Below, one piece after another: positions 47,457-58,349 of a DNA stretch of 64,000 bases (positions are counted from its first letter, which is position 1; each line of letters starts with the position of its first letter). The position numbers and the translations under genes are program-made. The DNA is taken from positions 4,512,001-4,576,000 of the forward strand of contig OZ245742.1 of assembly GCA_965227295.1 (NCBI GenBank), written 5' to 3'. The stretch comes from Leptonemataceae bacterium. Its GTDB lineage: Bacteria > Spirochaetota > Leptospiria > Leptospirales > Leptonemataceae. Under the pieces are notes generated by a model, which saw only the letters and a list, made by a program, of their open reading frames with translations, did not search any database and was not told the DNA's origin.

Positions 47457-47529
47457 AAGGGGTTGGTGTATGTGGCTAACATCCGGGATTGTGTCTCCCG
47501 GGCAGTGGGTTCGAATCCCGCACCCCTGA
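47457..47529 (+). tRNA. trnH: tRNA-His(GUG), array 2
   Basis: CGGGA-TTGTGTC-TCCCG. Confidence 0.8.
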
Positions 47530-47690
47530 AAGAGAGAAGCGGGCGATCTCATGCATCGATATTTACTAGAGTAACATTGCATGATGTTAGCATGTCGCCA
47601 GGTTTTTGTCAGCAAAAAATTAACTTTCCTTGAGTTTAAACTTGTAATATGCCGCCATGTATTTAGCCTTCCCCCGGAGGAAACTATCAC

Positions 47691-48542
47691 ATGGAAACAA
47701 TTCAGAAAATCATCGTCAGTCACGAAGGCATGGAAGCGCTCAAACTGTGCGAGTCCATCCGCGTGGAACACGAAGAATACCCTCTGCTCGTCATAGAGTT
47801 TCTGGGACAGGGGCCCACCGCTCGCCCCGCCGTGGGCGTTTCGCAGTTCATCAAGCAAGCGGGTAAACATCAGCCGGATATGCGCGGCAATCTCCCCTTC
47901 CACAGACAACTTTTTCGATCTACGTTTCGCTGGCTCCGCAGAAATAAATGCGAGAAACCGGCGGACGTCCGCGAGGCCTGCGTCCGCGAGGCGCTGAAGA
48001 TCATTGAAAAACACGGCGTGGAAAATCTGAGCCTGCGCCAGGTCGCCCGGCGCCTGAAGCTTTCTCATCAGGCCCCGTACAAACACTTCGCGAGCAAAGA
48101 TCATCTGCTCGCGGAAATCATTGAGCGCGGTTTTGTCACGTTCGCGGAGTATCTCGAACGCGACGCAAAATCGAAGCAGGCCAATCGCAACCTGCGCAGC
48201 CTCGGCAAGGCTTACATCCGCTTCGCCCTGGACTATCCGCTCTACTACCGGCTCATGTTCTCGTCGCCGCATCCGCCGGCGAAAGAACATCCCGGCATGG
48301 CAGCCCGCAGCAAGGCCACCTTCGAGATCTTACGCGATCGCGTCCGCGACATGCAGTCCATGACCGGAGCGCGGCGCGACGTGGACGCGGAGGCCCTGTT
48401 CATCTGGTCGACCATGCACGGCCTTGCTTCGATTCTTTCCTGGGAACACGTAAACGGACTGCCGATCGGCGGCCGGGACCGCCGACGGTACATTACGCAC
48501 GTATTGAATCGCATCGGGGATGCGTTGCGATTCAATGATTGA
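47691..48542 (+). CDS. Chimeric ORF: truncated DUF6908-like N-terminus + island end + TetR/AcrR regulator (WHG-type C-terminus)
   Basis: First ~57 aa match 38986 ORF; from ~47955 LSLRQVARRLKLSHQAPYKHFASKDHLL HTH and WSTMHG. Confidence 0.7.
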   Translation: METIQKIIVSHEGMEALKLCESIRVEHEEYPLLVIEFLGQGPTARPAVGVSQFIKQAGKHQPDMRGNLPFHRQLFRSTFRWLRRNKCEKPADVREACVREALKIIEKHGVENLSLRQVARRLKLSHQAPYKHFASKDHLLAEIIERGFVTFAEYLERDAKSKQANRNLRSLGKAYIRFALDYPLYYRLMFSSPHPPAKEHPGMAARSKATFEILRDRVRDMQSMTGARRDVDAEALFIWSTMHGLASILSWEHVNGLPIGGRDRRRYITHVLNRIGDALRFND

Positions 48543-48549
48543 GCTCTAT

Positions 48550-49803
48550 CAGGCTGCTGAAAAAGTCATTCGAAAGCGGAATCTGTGAAATTCATTTGGG
48601 CGTTGCGCCCGGCCGGGCCGCACACAAGTCGCGGTCGTAGCGACTTGTGAACCCGACGAGGCGCAAGGCGCGTCGCTCCATTCCGCCGACCGGGCGCCGG
48701 GCTGCTCCGGGCTCCGCGTTCGCTTCGGTCCTCCGTGCTTCGCACTCCGGACTGCCGCTGCGCGGCACCCTGCACATCCCTAACGCTTGTATTTCGCAAG
48801 TTAGCATTCGCGATCATGCTGCTGCCTCCTGTAGGTTTCTGATTCGCAGCAAGTTGTAGACGGCAACAGCGAAACGGAAAATCCATTGAGCGGTGCGGTG
48901 ATCGACGGCACTGGAGCGGCTCTTCTGTGCGATGTGCGGCACAATCCGGTTCGCTTTAAGTTCTTCTACGAAAGCTTTAGTATCGTAGCCTTTGTCGGCG
49001 CCCGGAGTGATGCGGCGGCGATCTTTGCTTCGGCGTAGTTCCTTCATGAAGATGGCTGCCGCATCGCGTTCCGCCGTTCCGGTCGCGTGTGTCACGCCGG
49101 CCATCACGGCGAGGCCGTGACGATTTTCCATAAGGACATGCCCCATATACACCAGCCGGGCCTCTTTGCCGTTGCCTTTGCGAAACAGCTTCGCATCCGG
49201 ATCGGTAGTGGATTCGTGCGTATCGTTGCGGCGTTTTTCACCGTGAAAACTTACGGACGGATTGCCCGGGTCACAGGCTCGCTGCGGCTTCCAGCAACGT
49301 GGCATCCACGGTGAAATGTTCGTCGCTGATCAGCCCGCGATCATCCGCCACTTCCAGAACGCCGCGAAAGAATTCGTCGGCGATGCCGCCTTCCATCAGA
49401 CGGTCGCGATTCTTTGAAGAGACGCTCGCATCCCAGACGGGATCGTCGGCGCTCAACCCGATGAACCAACGATACAGCAGATTGTAGTTCGTTTGCTCCA
49501 TCAACTGACGTTCGCTGCGGACGCTGAACAACACTTGCAGCAACAGAGCGCGCAACAGGTACTCCGGCGGAATCGAGGGCCACCCGAAAGCCGGATACAT
49601 TTCATCAAATCGATCGCTAAGATTCGCGAGGACCGCATCCGTCAACTTGCGAATGTCACGCAACGGATGGTTGGCCGGAATCCGGTCCTCCATCGAAACG
49701 TGACTCCAGATACTCGGTTGCTTTTCTTCTTCGCCGCGCATGCGACGAAATCTGAACAAGCACCGCTAAATCGCCAGGAGATTTCGACTTTTTCAGCAGC
49801 CTG
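48550..49803 (-). mobile_element. IS5-family insertion sequence, decayed
   Basis: 18-bp perfect terminal IRs CAGGCTGCTGAAAAAGTC / GACTTTTTCAGCAGCCTG; 4-bp target duplication CTAT. Confidence 0.9.
48814..49742 (-). pseudogene. IS5 transposase pseudogene
   Basis: VRSERQLME..YRWFIG, VDAT then frameshift near 49300; HESTTDPDA, GADKGYD; C-terminal region with catalytic Glu appears deleted. Confidence 0.85.
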
Positions 49804-49822
49804 CTATTCGATTCTCCCGAAC

Positions 49823-50767
49823 TCAGGCCGCGGGAATTTGCCGCGAGGTCTGCATGATCCAGGACGTGTAGAAGATTCCCAGGCTTCTTAACAGAAACAA
49901 ATCTGAATCTAAGGGTTCGCCGCTGTCCGGGGTGTAGTCCCGCAGCGAACGAACCGCGTCCCGATAGCTGGCGCGGAACTTCCAGAAACCCGTCTCGAAC
50001 GGAATGTACTGGGCCACGCGCATCATGTGTTCCGGGCCGAGGCCGTATTCCTTCAGCCACTCCACGAGCAGAGTATCGCACTTGAACTTCTTCGAAAGAA
50101 TGACCTGGGCCACCAGGGAACGATAGGCGCGGTCGAGAAAGATGAGCGAAACCTCGGGATGGTCGCGGTAGGCGTTCACGATGATCTCGTCCTGGCTCTC
50201 CAGTGCGGCCCGCATGTTGCGCATGCGAGCCAGGCGGCGCGCAAGATAGATGTAGGCCCGGAACGAACGCATGAGCCGACCGCGGTCCTGCTCCGAAAGA
50301 GCCGTGTGATGGGCCCGCCGGCCCATCTGCATAATGGTCTGCTCCGCGCTTTCCCGCGTGGGGTTGAGCGCCAGGATCTGGATGGTTTGAAATAGAATGT
50401 CGAAGGAGATTTGCCCGGCGGTGTCACCCACCGACATAATTTCTTTGCGATAGGCCGAGGCCACTTCCAGGGCCACCCGCGCAAGTTGGTCGACACGCGT
50501 CCGCCCGGCGGATTCGAGGAGCTTCTTGATGTTGCCGACCAGGGACGGATTGTACTCGGTGAAGTCGTCCTCCGAATCGCGAATGTGAGCGAGGAAGGTC
50601 TTTTTCAGGACCTGGAGACGCCCGTCCTGTACTTCCTGCCGCGCCTGCACGATGCGCCAGAGCAGCAAAGGCCGGGATGAACCTTTCGGCAGGCGTACCG
50701 AGCCAGTATAATAGAAGGAATCGCGATTTGCAGCCTTTTCGGGGGGCGCGGTTTCGGGGGAGGTCAT
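49823..50767 (-). CDS. Hypothetical protein
   Basis: 314 aa ORF with host-like codon usage; no motif recognised. Confidence 0.7.
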   Translation of the reverse strand: MTSPETAPPEKAANRDSFYYTGSVRLPKGSSRPLLLWRIVQARQEVQDGRLQVLKKTFLAHIRDSEDDFTEYNPSLVGNIKKLLESAGRTRVDQLARVALEVASAYRKEIMSVGDTAGQISFDILFQTIQILALNPTRESAEQTIMQMGRRAHHTALSEQDRGRLMRSFRAYIYLARRLARMRNMRAALESQDEIIVNAYRDHPEVSLIFLDRAYRSLVAQVILSKKFKCDTLLVEWLKEYGLGPEHMMRVAQYIPFETGFWKFRASYRDAVRSLRDYTPDSGEPLDSDLFLLRSLGIFYTSWIMQTSRQIPAA

Positions 50768-50924
50768 GGGATCACCATTTTCGCATGAAATGTTAGTTTT
50801 ATGTTAGCCGGATTGTACACATAAATGAAACAATGTCTACTACTTTTAGCTCGCCCGGTAAAATGCGCGGCGAGCTCCCCCGGTTCATCGTTGATTCCGT
50901 TCCGGGAATCATTCTCCATGGCCC

Positions 50925-53900
50925 ATGCCCGTCACGAAACTGCTCATCGCCAACCGCGGGGAAATTGCCGTACGCATCGCCCGGGCCGCCGCTGATCTCG
51001 AGCTGCCCTGCGTGGCCGTATTTTCGGAGGACGATGCCGGCGCCGGTCACCTGCGCCACGCGGATGCATCCCGGCCCCTGCCCGGCACCGGTCCCGCCGC
51101 CTACCTCAATCCCGCCGCGCTGATGGAAGCCGCGCGATCCGCCGGCTGCGATGCAGTCCACCCCGGCTACGGTTTCCTCAGTGAAAACGCCGGCTTCGCC
51201 CGGGCCTGCCGGGAAGCCGGCCTCGTCTTCGTGGGGCCGGAGCCCGAACACCTGGAACTCTTCGGCGACAAGATGCGAGCCCGCGCCCTCGCTCTCGAAC
51301 ACGGCGTGCCCGTACTCACCGGGAGTTCCGGTCCGGCCTCATTAACAGACGCTCGGCAATTGTTAATGGACGGCCCGATCATCCTAAAGGCCGTGGCCGG
51401 AGGCGGCGGACGCGGCACCCGCATCGTGCGCCGGCCCGAAGAACTGGAGCCGGCCTTCGAACGCTGCTCTTCCGAGGCCCGCCTGGCCTTCGGCAACGGC
51501 GCTCTCTACGCCGAACGTTTGCTGGAACGGGCGCGCCACGTCGAGGTGCAAATCGTCGGCGACGGGGAACGAATCACGCACTTCCACGAACGCGAATGCA
51601 GCGTGCAACGCCGGCGGCAGAAGCTCATCGAAATCGCCCCGGCCCCGGAATTGAGCCCGGCCCTGCGCGAACCATTGATCGAGGCCGCCGTAAAACTGGC
51701 CCGGGCCGTGCGCTACCGCAGCCTGGGTACGTTTGAGTTTCTCGTGGATACGCGAGCCGGTGCGTTTTATTTCCTGGAAACGAATCCGCGGGTTCAGGTG
51801 GAGCATACCGTCACCGAGGCGGCGTGCGGCGTAGATCTCGTTCAGTTACAGTTAAGGCTTGCCGGGGGTGAAAGCCTGAACGCGGCCGGCTTCGAAGATG
51901 CCGGGCCGAAGCCTTCGGGATACGCCGTGCAACTCCGCATCAACACCGAGACCATGGACGTGAGCGGCGAGGCCCGGCCCGCCGGAGACGTTACACTGGC
52001 TCGCTTCGATCTACCCGGCGGGCCCGGCGTGCGCGTGGATACCGCCGCGCGCCAGGGCGACAGCACCAACGGCAACTTCGATTCCCTGCTCGCCAAACTC
52101 ATCGTCCATCACCGCGGAACGTTTGCGCGGACTGTCGATCGTTTGCGTCGCTCCCTGGCGGAGCTCCAGGTCTCCGCGACGGACGGGCGGCCCTGTAGCA
52201 ACGCAAACTTCCTCGCCGCGATTCTTGCGCGCCCGGAGTTTGTTCAGTACGATCTCGATACCGGCTTCGTCGATGATCACGTCGAGGAACTCGTGGCCGC
52301 GACGCCAGGCGCTACTCCGGAGGGGGGCACCGCAACCGCCGCCTCGCCGACGAACTCACTCGCAGCCCCGCCGGGAACGGAGGCGATCGCATCTCCCATG
52401 CGCGGTCGGTTGATCGAAGTCAGCGTGAGTCCGGGGGAAAACGTGAGTCGCGGCGCGCAGCTTGCCGTACTCGAAGCCATGAAGATGGAACACGTCATCC
52501 AGGCGCCGTGCGCCGGCTTCGTAGAACGGCTGTTCGCATCGGCCGGAGACGCCGTGAGCGACGGACAACCGTTGCTGTTTCTGCGTCCGGGCGCGGACGA
52601 CGGGCCCGAGGCCGGCGACGAAAACGAAGCCGCGGATTTGAATGCGATTAGACCGGACTTGCAAGAAGTTATCGATCGACACTTTGCAATTTCCGACGAG
52701 GGGCGACCCCGGGCCGCGGCAAAGCGTCACAAGCGCGGCCAGCGCACGGCCCGGGAAAACCTGGCCGATCTCTGCGATCCCGGCACGTTCAAAGAGTACG
52801 GGGCCATGGCCCTGGCGGCCCAACGCTCCCGGCGTTCGTTGGATGATCTCATTCGCCTGAGTCCCGCGGATGGACTGGTGGCCGGCCTGGCCGCGGTCAA
52901 CGGTGATCGCTTTCAAGAAGAACGCTCACGCTGCGCCGTGATGTCCTACGATTATACCGTCTTCGCCGGTACCCAGGGCATGATGAATCACAAAAAGACC
53001 GATCGCCTGCTGCAAGTCGTCGAAGAGTTGCAGTTACCGATGGTCGTCTTTACCGAGGGCGGCGGCGGCCGTCCCGGTGACGTGGACGCGGTGGCCGTGG
53101 GCGCTCTCGACCTGCATACGTTTACAGCCTACGCGAAATTGAGCGGCCTCGTCCCGCGCATCGCCGTGGCCTCGGGACGTTGTTTCGCGGGCAACGCCGC
53201 GTTCTTCGGTGCCAGCGACATTACCATCGCGACGCAGGACGCGACGATCGGTATGGGCGGGCCGGTAATGATCCAGGGCGCGGGCCTGGGCCGTATCGAC
53301 GCCGAAGACGTCGGCCCGGCCGCCATGCACGCGCGGAGCGGCGTGGTGGATGTCCTGGTCCGGGACGAGGTCGAAGCCGTGCGCGCCGCAAAGCACGCCC
53401 TGTCGTTTTTCCAGGGCCCGCTACAGAACTACGAGCACGCCGATCAACGCCTCCTGCGTACCGCGGTACCGGACAATCGCCTGCGGGCCTACGACGTGCG
53501 TCGCATCATTCGACTCTTAGCTGACACTGATTCAATGTTAGAGCTGCGGCCGCTTTTCGCCCCCGGCATGATCACGGCCCTGATTCGCATCGGTGGCCGA
53601 CCGCTCGGTTTGATCGCCAACCATCCCGGCTACCTGGCCGGGGCCATCGACGCCGACGGCGCCGACAAGGCCGCGCGTTTTTTACAGCTTTGCGACGCCT
53701 TTGCTCTGCCCGTCCTCAGCCTGGTGGACACGCCGGGCATCATGGTCGGCGCGGATGCGGAACGCACCGCCCTGGTCCGTCACGCGGCCAGGCTCTTTCT
53801 CACCGGCGCGTCCGTCAACATACCGATCTTCGCCATCGTCCTGCGCAAGGGCTACGGACTGGGCGCCATGGCCATGACGGGCGGCAGCTTTCATCGATCT

Positions 53901-54212
53901 ATTTTCACCGCCGCCTGGCCGTCGGGAGAATTCGGCGCCATGGGACTCGAAGGCGCCGTGAGTGTGGGCTTCCAGAAGGAGCTGGCCGAAATCAAGGACT
54001 GGGACCAACGCGACGCGCGCTTTCGCGAACTCGTGGAAGAAGCCTACCAGCACGGCAAGGCCCTGAACATGGCCTCGTACCTGGAGATTGATGCCGTCAT
54101 AGACCCGGCGGAATCCCGGGAATGGGTTCTGCGCGGCCTGGCCTCGTTGCCACCGACGACGTACAGCCCTCAAGAATACAAAAAACGACGCCCCTGCGTG
54201 GATTCCTGGTAG
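50925..54212 (+). CDS. Multidomain acyl-CoA carboxylase (biotin carboxylase + biotin carrier + carboxyltransferase)
   Basis: IANRGEIA, HPGYGFLSEN, RECSVQRR, EAMKME biotinylation site, EGGGGRPGD, LVDTPG. Confidence 0.93.
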   Translation: MPVTKLLIANRGEIAVRIARAAADLELPCVAVFSEDDAGAGHLRHADASRPLPGTGPAAYLNPAALMEAARSAGCDAVHPGYGFLSENAGFARACREAGLVFVGPEPEHLELFGDKMRARALALEHGVPVLTGSSGPASLTDARQLLMDGPIILKAVAGGGGRGTRIVRRPEELEPAFERCSSEARLAFGNGALYAERLLERARHVEVQIVGDGERITHFHERECSVQRRRQKLIEIAPAPELSPALREPLIEAAVKLARAVRYRSLGTFEFLVDTRAGAFYFLETNPRVQVEHTVTEAACGVDLVQLQLRLAGGESLNAAGFEDAGPKPSGYAVQLRINTETMDVSGEARPAGDVTLARFDLPGGPGVRVDTAARQGDSTNGNFDSLLAKLIVHHRGTFARTVDRLRRSLAELQVSATDGRPCSNANFLAAILARPEFVQYDLDTGFVDDHVEELVAATPGATPEGGTATAASPTNSLAAPPGTEAIASPMRGRLIEVSVSPGENVSRGAQLAVLEAMKMEHVIQAPCAGFVERLFASAGDAVSDGQPLLFLRPGADDGPEAGDENEAADLNAIRPDLQEVIDRHFAISDEGRPRAAAKRHKRGQRTARENLADLCDPGTFKEYGAMALAAQRSRRSLDDLIRLSPADGLVAGLAAVNGDRFQEERSRCAVMSYDYTVFAGTQGMMNHKKTDRLLQVVEELQLPMVVFTEGGGGRPGDVDAVAVGALDLHTFTAYAKLSGLVPRIAVASGRCFAGNAAFFGASDITIATQDATIGMGGPVMIQGAGLGRIDAEDVGPAAMHARSGVVDVLVRDEVEAVRAAKHALSFFQGPLQNYEHADQRLLRTAVPDNRLRAYDVRRIIRLLADTDSMLELRPLFAPGMITALIRIGGRPLGLIANHPGYLAGAIDADGADKAARFLQLCDAFALPVLSLVDTPGIMVGADAERTALVRHAARLFLTGASVNIPIFAIVLRKGYGLGAMAMTGGSFHRSIFTAAWPSGEFGAMGLEGAVSVGFQKELAEIKDWDQRDARFRELVEEAYQHGKALNMASYLEIDAVIDPAESREWVLRGLASLPPTTYSPQEYKKRRPCVDSW

Positions 54213-54349
54213 TTTTCGCCGGGATTTTCCTAACGAAAAAATAACATTCGGTTAACAGAACCCTAGCAACTTACTACATCATTGTATTGCCTGATTTGAC
54301 CGTTCGCCCATAATTGGGTCTAAGGCTCCATGAGCAGGAAGGTCCCAAG

Positions 54350-57300
54350 ATGACACTACGACGTACAGGTTCTCGATCCTTCATTCGAAGTCTCACCGCT
54401 GCTGCGCTGTGTGGCGCAATCTCGCTGTCCAACTGCGCGAACGGCGAAGGCGGGTCCGATCCCCTGCTCTTCGGCTTTACCAGCGATCTACTCCTCGCGG
54501 CCATCACGCCGACGACGGACGAAGGCACCCAGACCTATACCACCGGCGTCACGATTCGTACTCTCGACGGCGGCTACATCATCCCGGAAAACCAGGCGAA
54601 CGGAACGCTGGACCTGACCATCGTCCTGAACAGCCCGCCCACGGCGGATGTCGTCATCCCGCTGAGCATGGCGAATCCCGCGGAATCGGCCGTGTCGCCC
54701 GAAAGCGTCACGTTCACGCCGGACAACTGGAATGTGCCGCAGAATCTCGTCATCACCGGCGTGATTGAACCGGACATCGACGGCAACCAGATCACCTCCC
54801 TGGTCTTCGGTGCCGCGGAGTCCGACGACCCGGAGTACGGCGGCCTGGTGGCTCCGTCCATTACGGGCATCATCGCCGTCGACGACGACGCGCCGAGCAT
54901 CATCGTGTCTGCGCCGCCGGCAGGTCTGGTGACCACGGAAACCGGCACCGCCGACGTCTTCGCCGTTGTACTCTCGCACGAGCCGACCGCAAACGTCGTC
55001 GTACCGGCCACCATCGTATCTTCCGATACCACCGAAGGACTGCCGGACATGACCACGCTCACGTTTACACCCGCGAACTGGAGCACACCGCAGATCGTAA
55101 CCGTCACCGGTGTCGACGACGTCTTCCTGGACGGCAACGTTAACTACACGGTGGATCTCCCGAACAGCACGAGTGCGGACGGGGATTTCAACAACCTGCA
55201 GTACTTTTCGTATCATAACACCGTGCCGTCCTCGTCGACGAACTCGGTCCAGGCCACGAATATCGACAACGAAACACCGGTCATCAACGTAACCCCCACT
55301 GTCTTAAACTTAACGGAGAACGGTGCCAACGGTACGTTCAACGTGTCGCTCGGCACGCAACCTCCCGGCAACGTAACCATCTCGGTGACGAACCCGCAGC
55401 CAGGCCGCGCGAACGTTACGCCGACGCTCCTCACGTTTACGACCGGCAACTTCAGTACCCCGCAAACGGTGACCGTCGATCCCATCGACAACGACCTGGC
55501 GGACGGCAACGTCTCGTTCGTCGTAGACCTCGGAACGGCCACGAACTATCAGAACACCGAACCGGACGACGTCACGGTCAACATCACCGACAACGAAACC
55601 GCGTCCATTGTCGTCTCGACCCTGTCACGGAACACCACCGAGGCTGGCCAGAACGCCAACTTCACGGTGGTCCTCACGTCCGAGCCCACCGCAAACGTGG
55701 ACGTAACGCTGAGCGATACCAGCGACTCGAAGAACGCGGGCAACTCCGAGGGCACCATCGACAAATACTCGCTCACGTTTACGCCGGCGAACTGGGACAC
55801 GCCCCAGACCGTTACGGTGACGCCGACGAACGAAGACATCTTTGACGGCAACGTACAATGGCTGGTCTCCGTGAGTAACGCCACCAGTGCGGACCCGGAC
55901 TACTCCGGCCTGGCGCCGACGCCGAACTTCGTTACGGTCAACAACGTGGACGACGACATCGGCGGTTTTACGATCGTCGCCAACGGGCAGACCACGAACA
56001 CCGCGGGCTCCGCGGGCACCATCAGTGGCCTGGCAACGGACGATTCGAATCAGCTCAGCAACAGTACTTACTCAAGCTTCACGATCCGCCTGCGTTCGGA
56101 GCCCACGGCGAATGTCGTACTGAACTTCACCGCCAACGGACCGAACAACGACGGCCGCTTCACGGATACGCTGACGACAACCACGTCGCGCACGTTCACG
56201 CCGGCGAACTGGGCGACGCCGCAGACCGTAACGCTCTACGGCGCCTCGGACGGCAGCAACGAGGGCAACCAGGACTACTCGGTCAGCGTCACTCCGGTGA
56301 CCACGGACGATAAGTACTCGAACACGGCTTTCGTTGCGCGCCCGTCGTTCTCGCTGCACAGTTGCGATAACGACGTCGCGAACGTCATTGTCGGTTGTCG
56401 GCGTTCCGGCAGCTTCGGCACTACGGAATCCGGCGGCACGGCGACACTGTGGATGATCACCCAGTCCGATCCGGGCGGCACGGTAACCGTCGCAGCTTCC
56501 AGTTCGGATACGACGGAGGGTGTCGTTACGACGAGCCCGGCCACGGTAACCTCGGGCAACTGGAACACCATGGGCGCCGCGGGCAGCAACCGTCTGATCA
56601 TGACCGGCCAGTCGGACGCGCTCTTCGATAACAACATTCTCTACACGTTCATCATCGATCCGCCGACCACGGGCGGGGCCATCTACACCTCGTTCAATCC
56701 GCCGGACTTTCAGCTCTATAACACCGACGACGAACAGTTGTTTGAGTTCGATACCTCCGGCTCCGCGAACACGTCGGAGGCGCTGGAAAACTCGTCGACC
56801 TTCCTCGTTCGTCTGCGGACGGCCCCGGCGGCCGACGTAACCGTCAGCATTTCGTGCGGCAACAGCGAGTGTAAGAACGTTAGTCCCACGAGCGTGACGT
56901 ATACGACCGGCAACTGGAACGTATATCAGACCGTGACTTACACCGGTAAGGACGACAACCGCGCCGACGGACCGCAGGGTCTGAGCGTGAGTTTCGGCGC
57001 GGCATCCAGTACGGACCTGACCATCAACGGCATTACGCCGCCGGCCATCACACCGGCGCAGAACCTCGACGACGACAAGGTCGTCTGGACGACGAACGCG
57101 AACTCCGGCACGGGTCTGCGCGGTAACTTCAACGCCGGACTGGGCGTCGCGGATACGTTCTGCAACGACGGCACGGACCTGAACAAACCGAACGGCTACT
57201 TCGACGGCGTGACCTACAAGGCGCTGCTGGTCGACAGCGGCACCCGCGTGGCCACCACCAGTGGCACGGACGGCACCGGTCAGTTGAACTGGGTGCTCAC

Positions 57301-57607
57301 CGCGAACACCAGCTACTACCTGGGCACCGGCGGAAGCCCGCCGTATACGTCCCTGGTGTTCACGACGAACTCCTACGGCACGTTTACGTTCGGCACGCTT
57401 ACGACTGCGTTCAGCGGCAGCGGCACCTTCTGGACGGGCCTGAATACCGACTGGACGACGAATGCGGATAACTGCTCGAACTGGACCAACGATACGGCCG
57501 GCTTCAACGGACGCTACGGCGTCGGCGGGGCCACCGGCGCCACGTCCATCAGCTCGACGACGGACACCTGTGCGACCCAGAGGCAGTTGATCTGTGTGCA
57601 ACAGTAG
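54350..57607 (+). CDS. Large surface lipoprotein with cadherin/Calx-beta-like repeats and C-terminal DUF1554 domain
   Basis: LSNC lipobox-like; repeated TFTPxNWxTPQxVTV; ADTFC..YKALL..FWTGL..CSNW..LICVQQ. Confidence 0.8.
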   Translation: MTLRRTGSRSFIRSLTAAALCGAISLSNCANGEGGSDPLLFGFTSDLLLAAITPTTDEGTQTYTTGVTIRTLDGGYIIPENQANGTLDLTIVLNSPPTADVVIPLSMANPAESAVSPESVTFTPDNWNVPQNLVITGVIEPDIDGNQITSLVFGAAESDDPEYGGLVAPSITGIIAVDDDAPSIIVSAPPAGLVTTETGTADVFAVVLSHEPTANVVVPATIVSSDTTEGLPDMTTLTFTPANWSTPQIVTVTGVDDVFLDGNVNYTVDLPNSTSADGDFNNLQYFSYHNTVPSSSTNSVQATNIDNETPVINVTPTVLNLTENGANGTFNVSLGTQPPGNVTISVTNPQPGRANVTPTLLTFTTGNFSTPQTVTVDPIDNDLADGNVSFVVDLGTATNYQNTEPDDVTVNITDNETASIVVSTLSRNTTEAGQNANFTVVLTSEPTANVDVTLSDTSDSKNAGNSEGTIDKYSLTFTPANWDTPQTVTVTPTNEDIFDGNVQWLVSVSNATSADPDYSGLAPTPNFVTVNNVDDDIGGFTIVANGQTTNTAGSAGTISGLATDDSNQLSNSTYSSFTIRLRSEPTANVVLNFTANGPNNDGRFTDTLTTTTSRTFTPANWATPQTVTLYGASDGSNEGNQDYSVSVTPVTTDDKYSNTAFVARPSFSLHSCDNDVANVIVGCRRSGSFGTTESGGTATLWMITQSDPGGTVTVAASSSDTTEGVVTTSPATVTSGNWNTMGAAGSNRLIMTGQSDALFDNNILYTFIIDPPTTGGAIYTSFNPPDFQLYNTDDEQLFEFDTSGSANTSEALENSSTFLVRLRTAPAADVTVSISCGNSECKNVSPTSVTYTTGNWNVYQTVTYTGKDDNRADGPQGLSVSFGAASSTDLTINGITPPAITPAQNLDDDKVVWTTNANSGTGLRGNFNAGLGVADTFCNDGTDLNKPNGYFDGVTYKALLVDSGTRVATTSGTDGTGQLNWVLTANTSYYLGTGGSPPYTSLVFTTNSYGTFTFGTLTTAFSGSGTFWTGLNTDWTTNADNCSNWTNDTAGFNGRYGVGGATGATSISSTTDTCATQRQLICVQQ

Positions 57608-57629
57608 AAGGAGATTGCTGACTATTAAT

Positions 57630-58349
57630 ATGCGAAACTCACGCACCTTCGGCCTTGCCGCCGCCCTGTTCGGGGCGGCGGTGCTCGTGCACTGCGAAAG
57701 CCTGGCCAACAGCAAAACCATGCAGGCCGTCACCGGCTGTCCGCCCTATCAAACCGAAGTGGCCTTCCCTTCGGTCCGCTGGATCGACGGCCTGGATCCC
57801 TTCCTGCTGGATAAGCTCTACACGAAGGTGAAAGAGGACTTCGAGGAAACCGGCGTAGAGCTGGACGAGGTCGCCAACGGCTTCCGCGCAAAGGGCATTG
57901 AGCTCAAGAAAGACGTGGGTCCCGAGGGCAACACGAAAGAGCTCATAGTCTCCCTGGACGGGGACATCGCCTTCGCCACGGGTAGTTCGCGACTCACGCC
58001 CAAGGCCAAAGAGCTCGTTTCGAAACTCGGTGCGGCGATGCTGGAGTATAAGGACACCCTGGCGAAAATCGGCGGGCACACGGACTCCGTGGGCACGTTC
58101 GCCAGCAACATCAAGCTGAGCTTTCGGCGCGCCGAAGCCGTTAAGAAAGAACTCATCGAGAATATGGGTATCGTGGAAAAGCGCATCATCGAGGTCGAAG
58201 GCTTCGCCGATACGCAGAAAGTCGTGGATACCAACGGACCGGAAGTCCGGAACCGCCGGGTGGAAATCCGACTCACGCCGGGTAAGGTCACCATCGAAGA
58301 ACCTCCGGGCGAGGCCTCGTTCCTGGAAAGGACGCGGCCGTGCGCCTGA
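57630..58349 (+). CDS. OmpA-family lipoprotein
   Basis: FATGSSRL, GGHTDSVG, NIKLSFRRAEAV, NRRVEI. Confidence 0.9.
   Translation: MRNSRTFGLAAALFGAAVLVHCESLANSKTMQAVTGCPPYQTEVAFPSVRWIDGLDPFLLDKLYTKVKEDFEETGVELDEVANGFRAKGIELKKDVGPEGNTKELIVSLDGDIAFATGSSRLTPKAKELVSKLGAAMLEYKDTLAKIGGHTDSVGTFASNIKLSFRRAEAVKKELIENMGIVEKRIIEVEGFADTQKVVDTNGPEVRNRRVEIRLTPGKVTIEEPPGEASFLERTRPCA

Noticed and set aside
56072..57733. 553-aa minus-strand ORF and similar long antisense ORFs across GC-rich genes
   Set aside because: Shadow frames of well-supported genes on the opposite strand.
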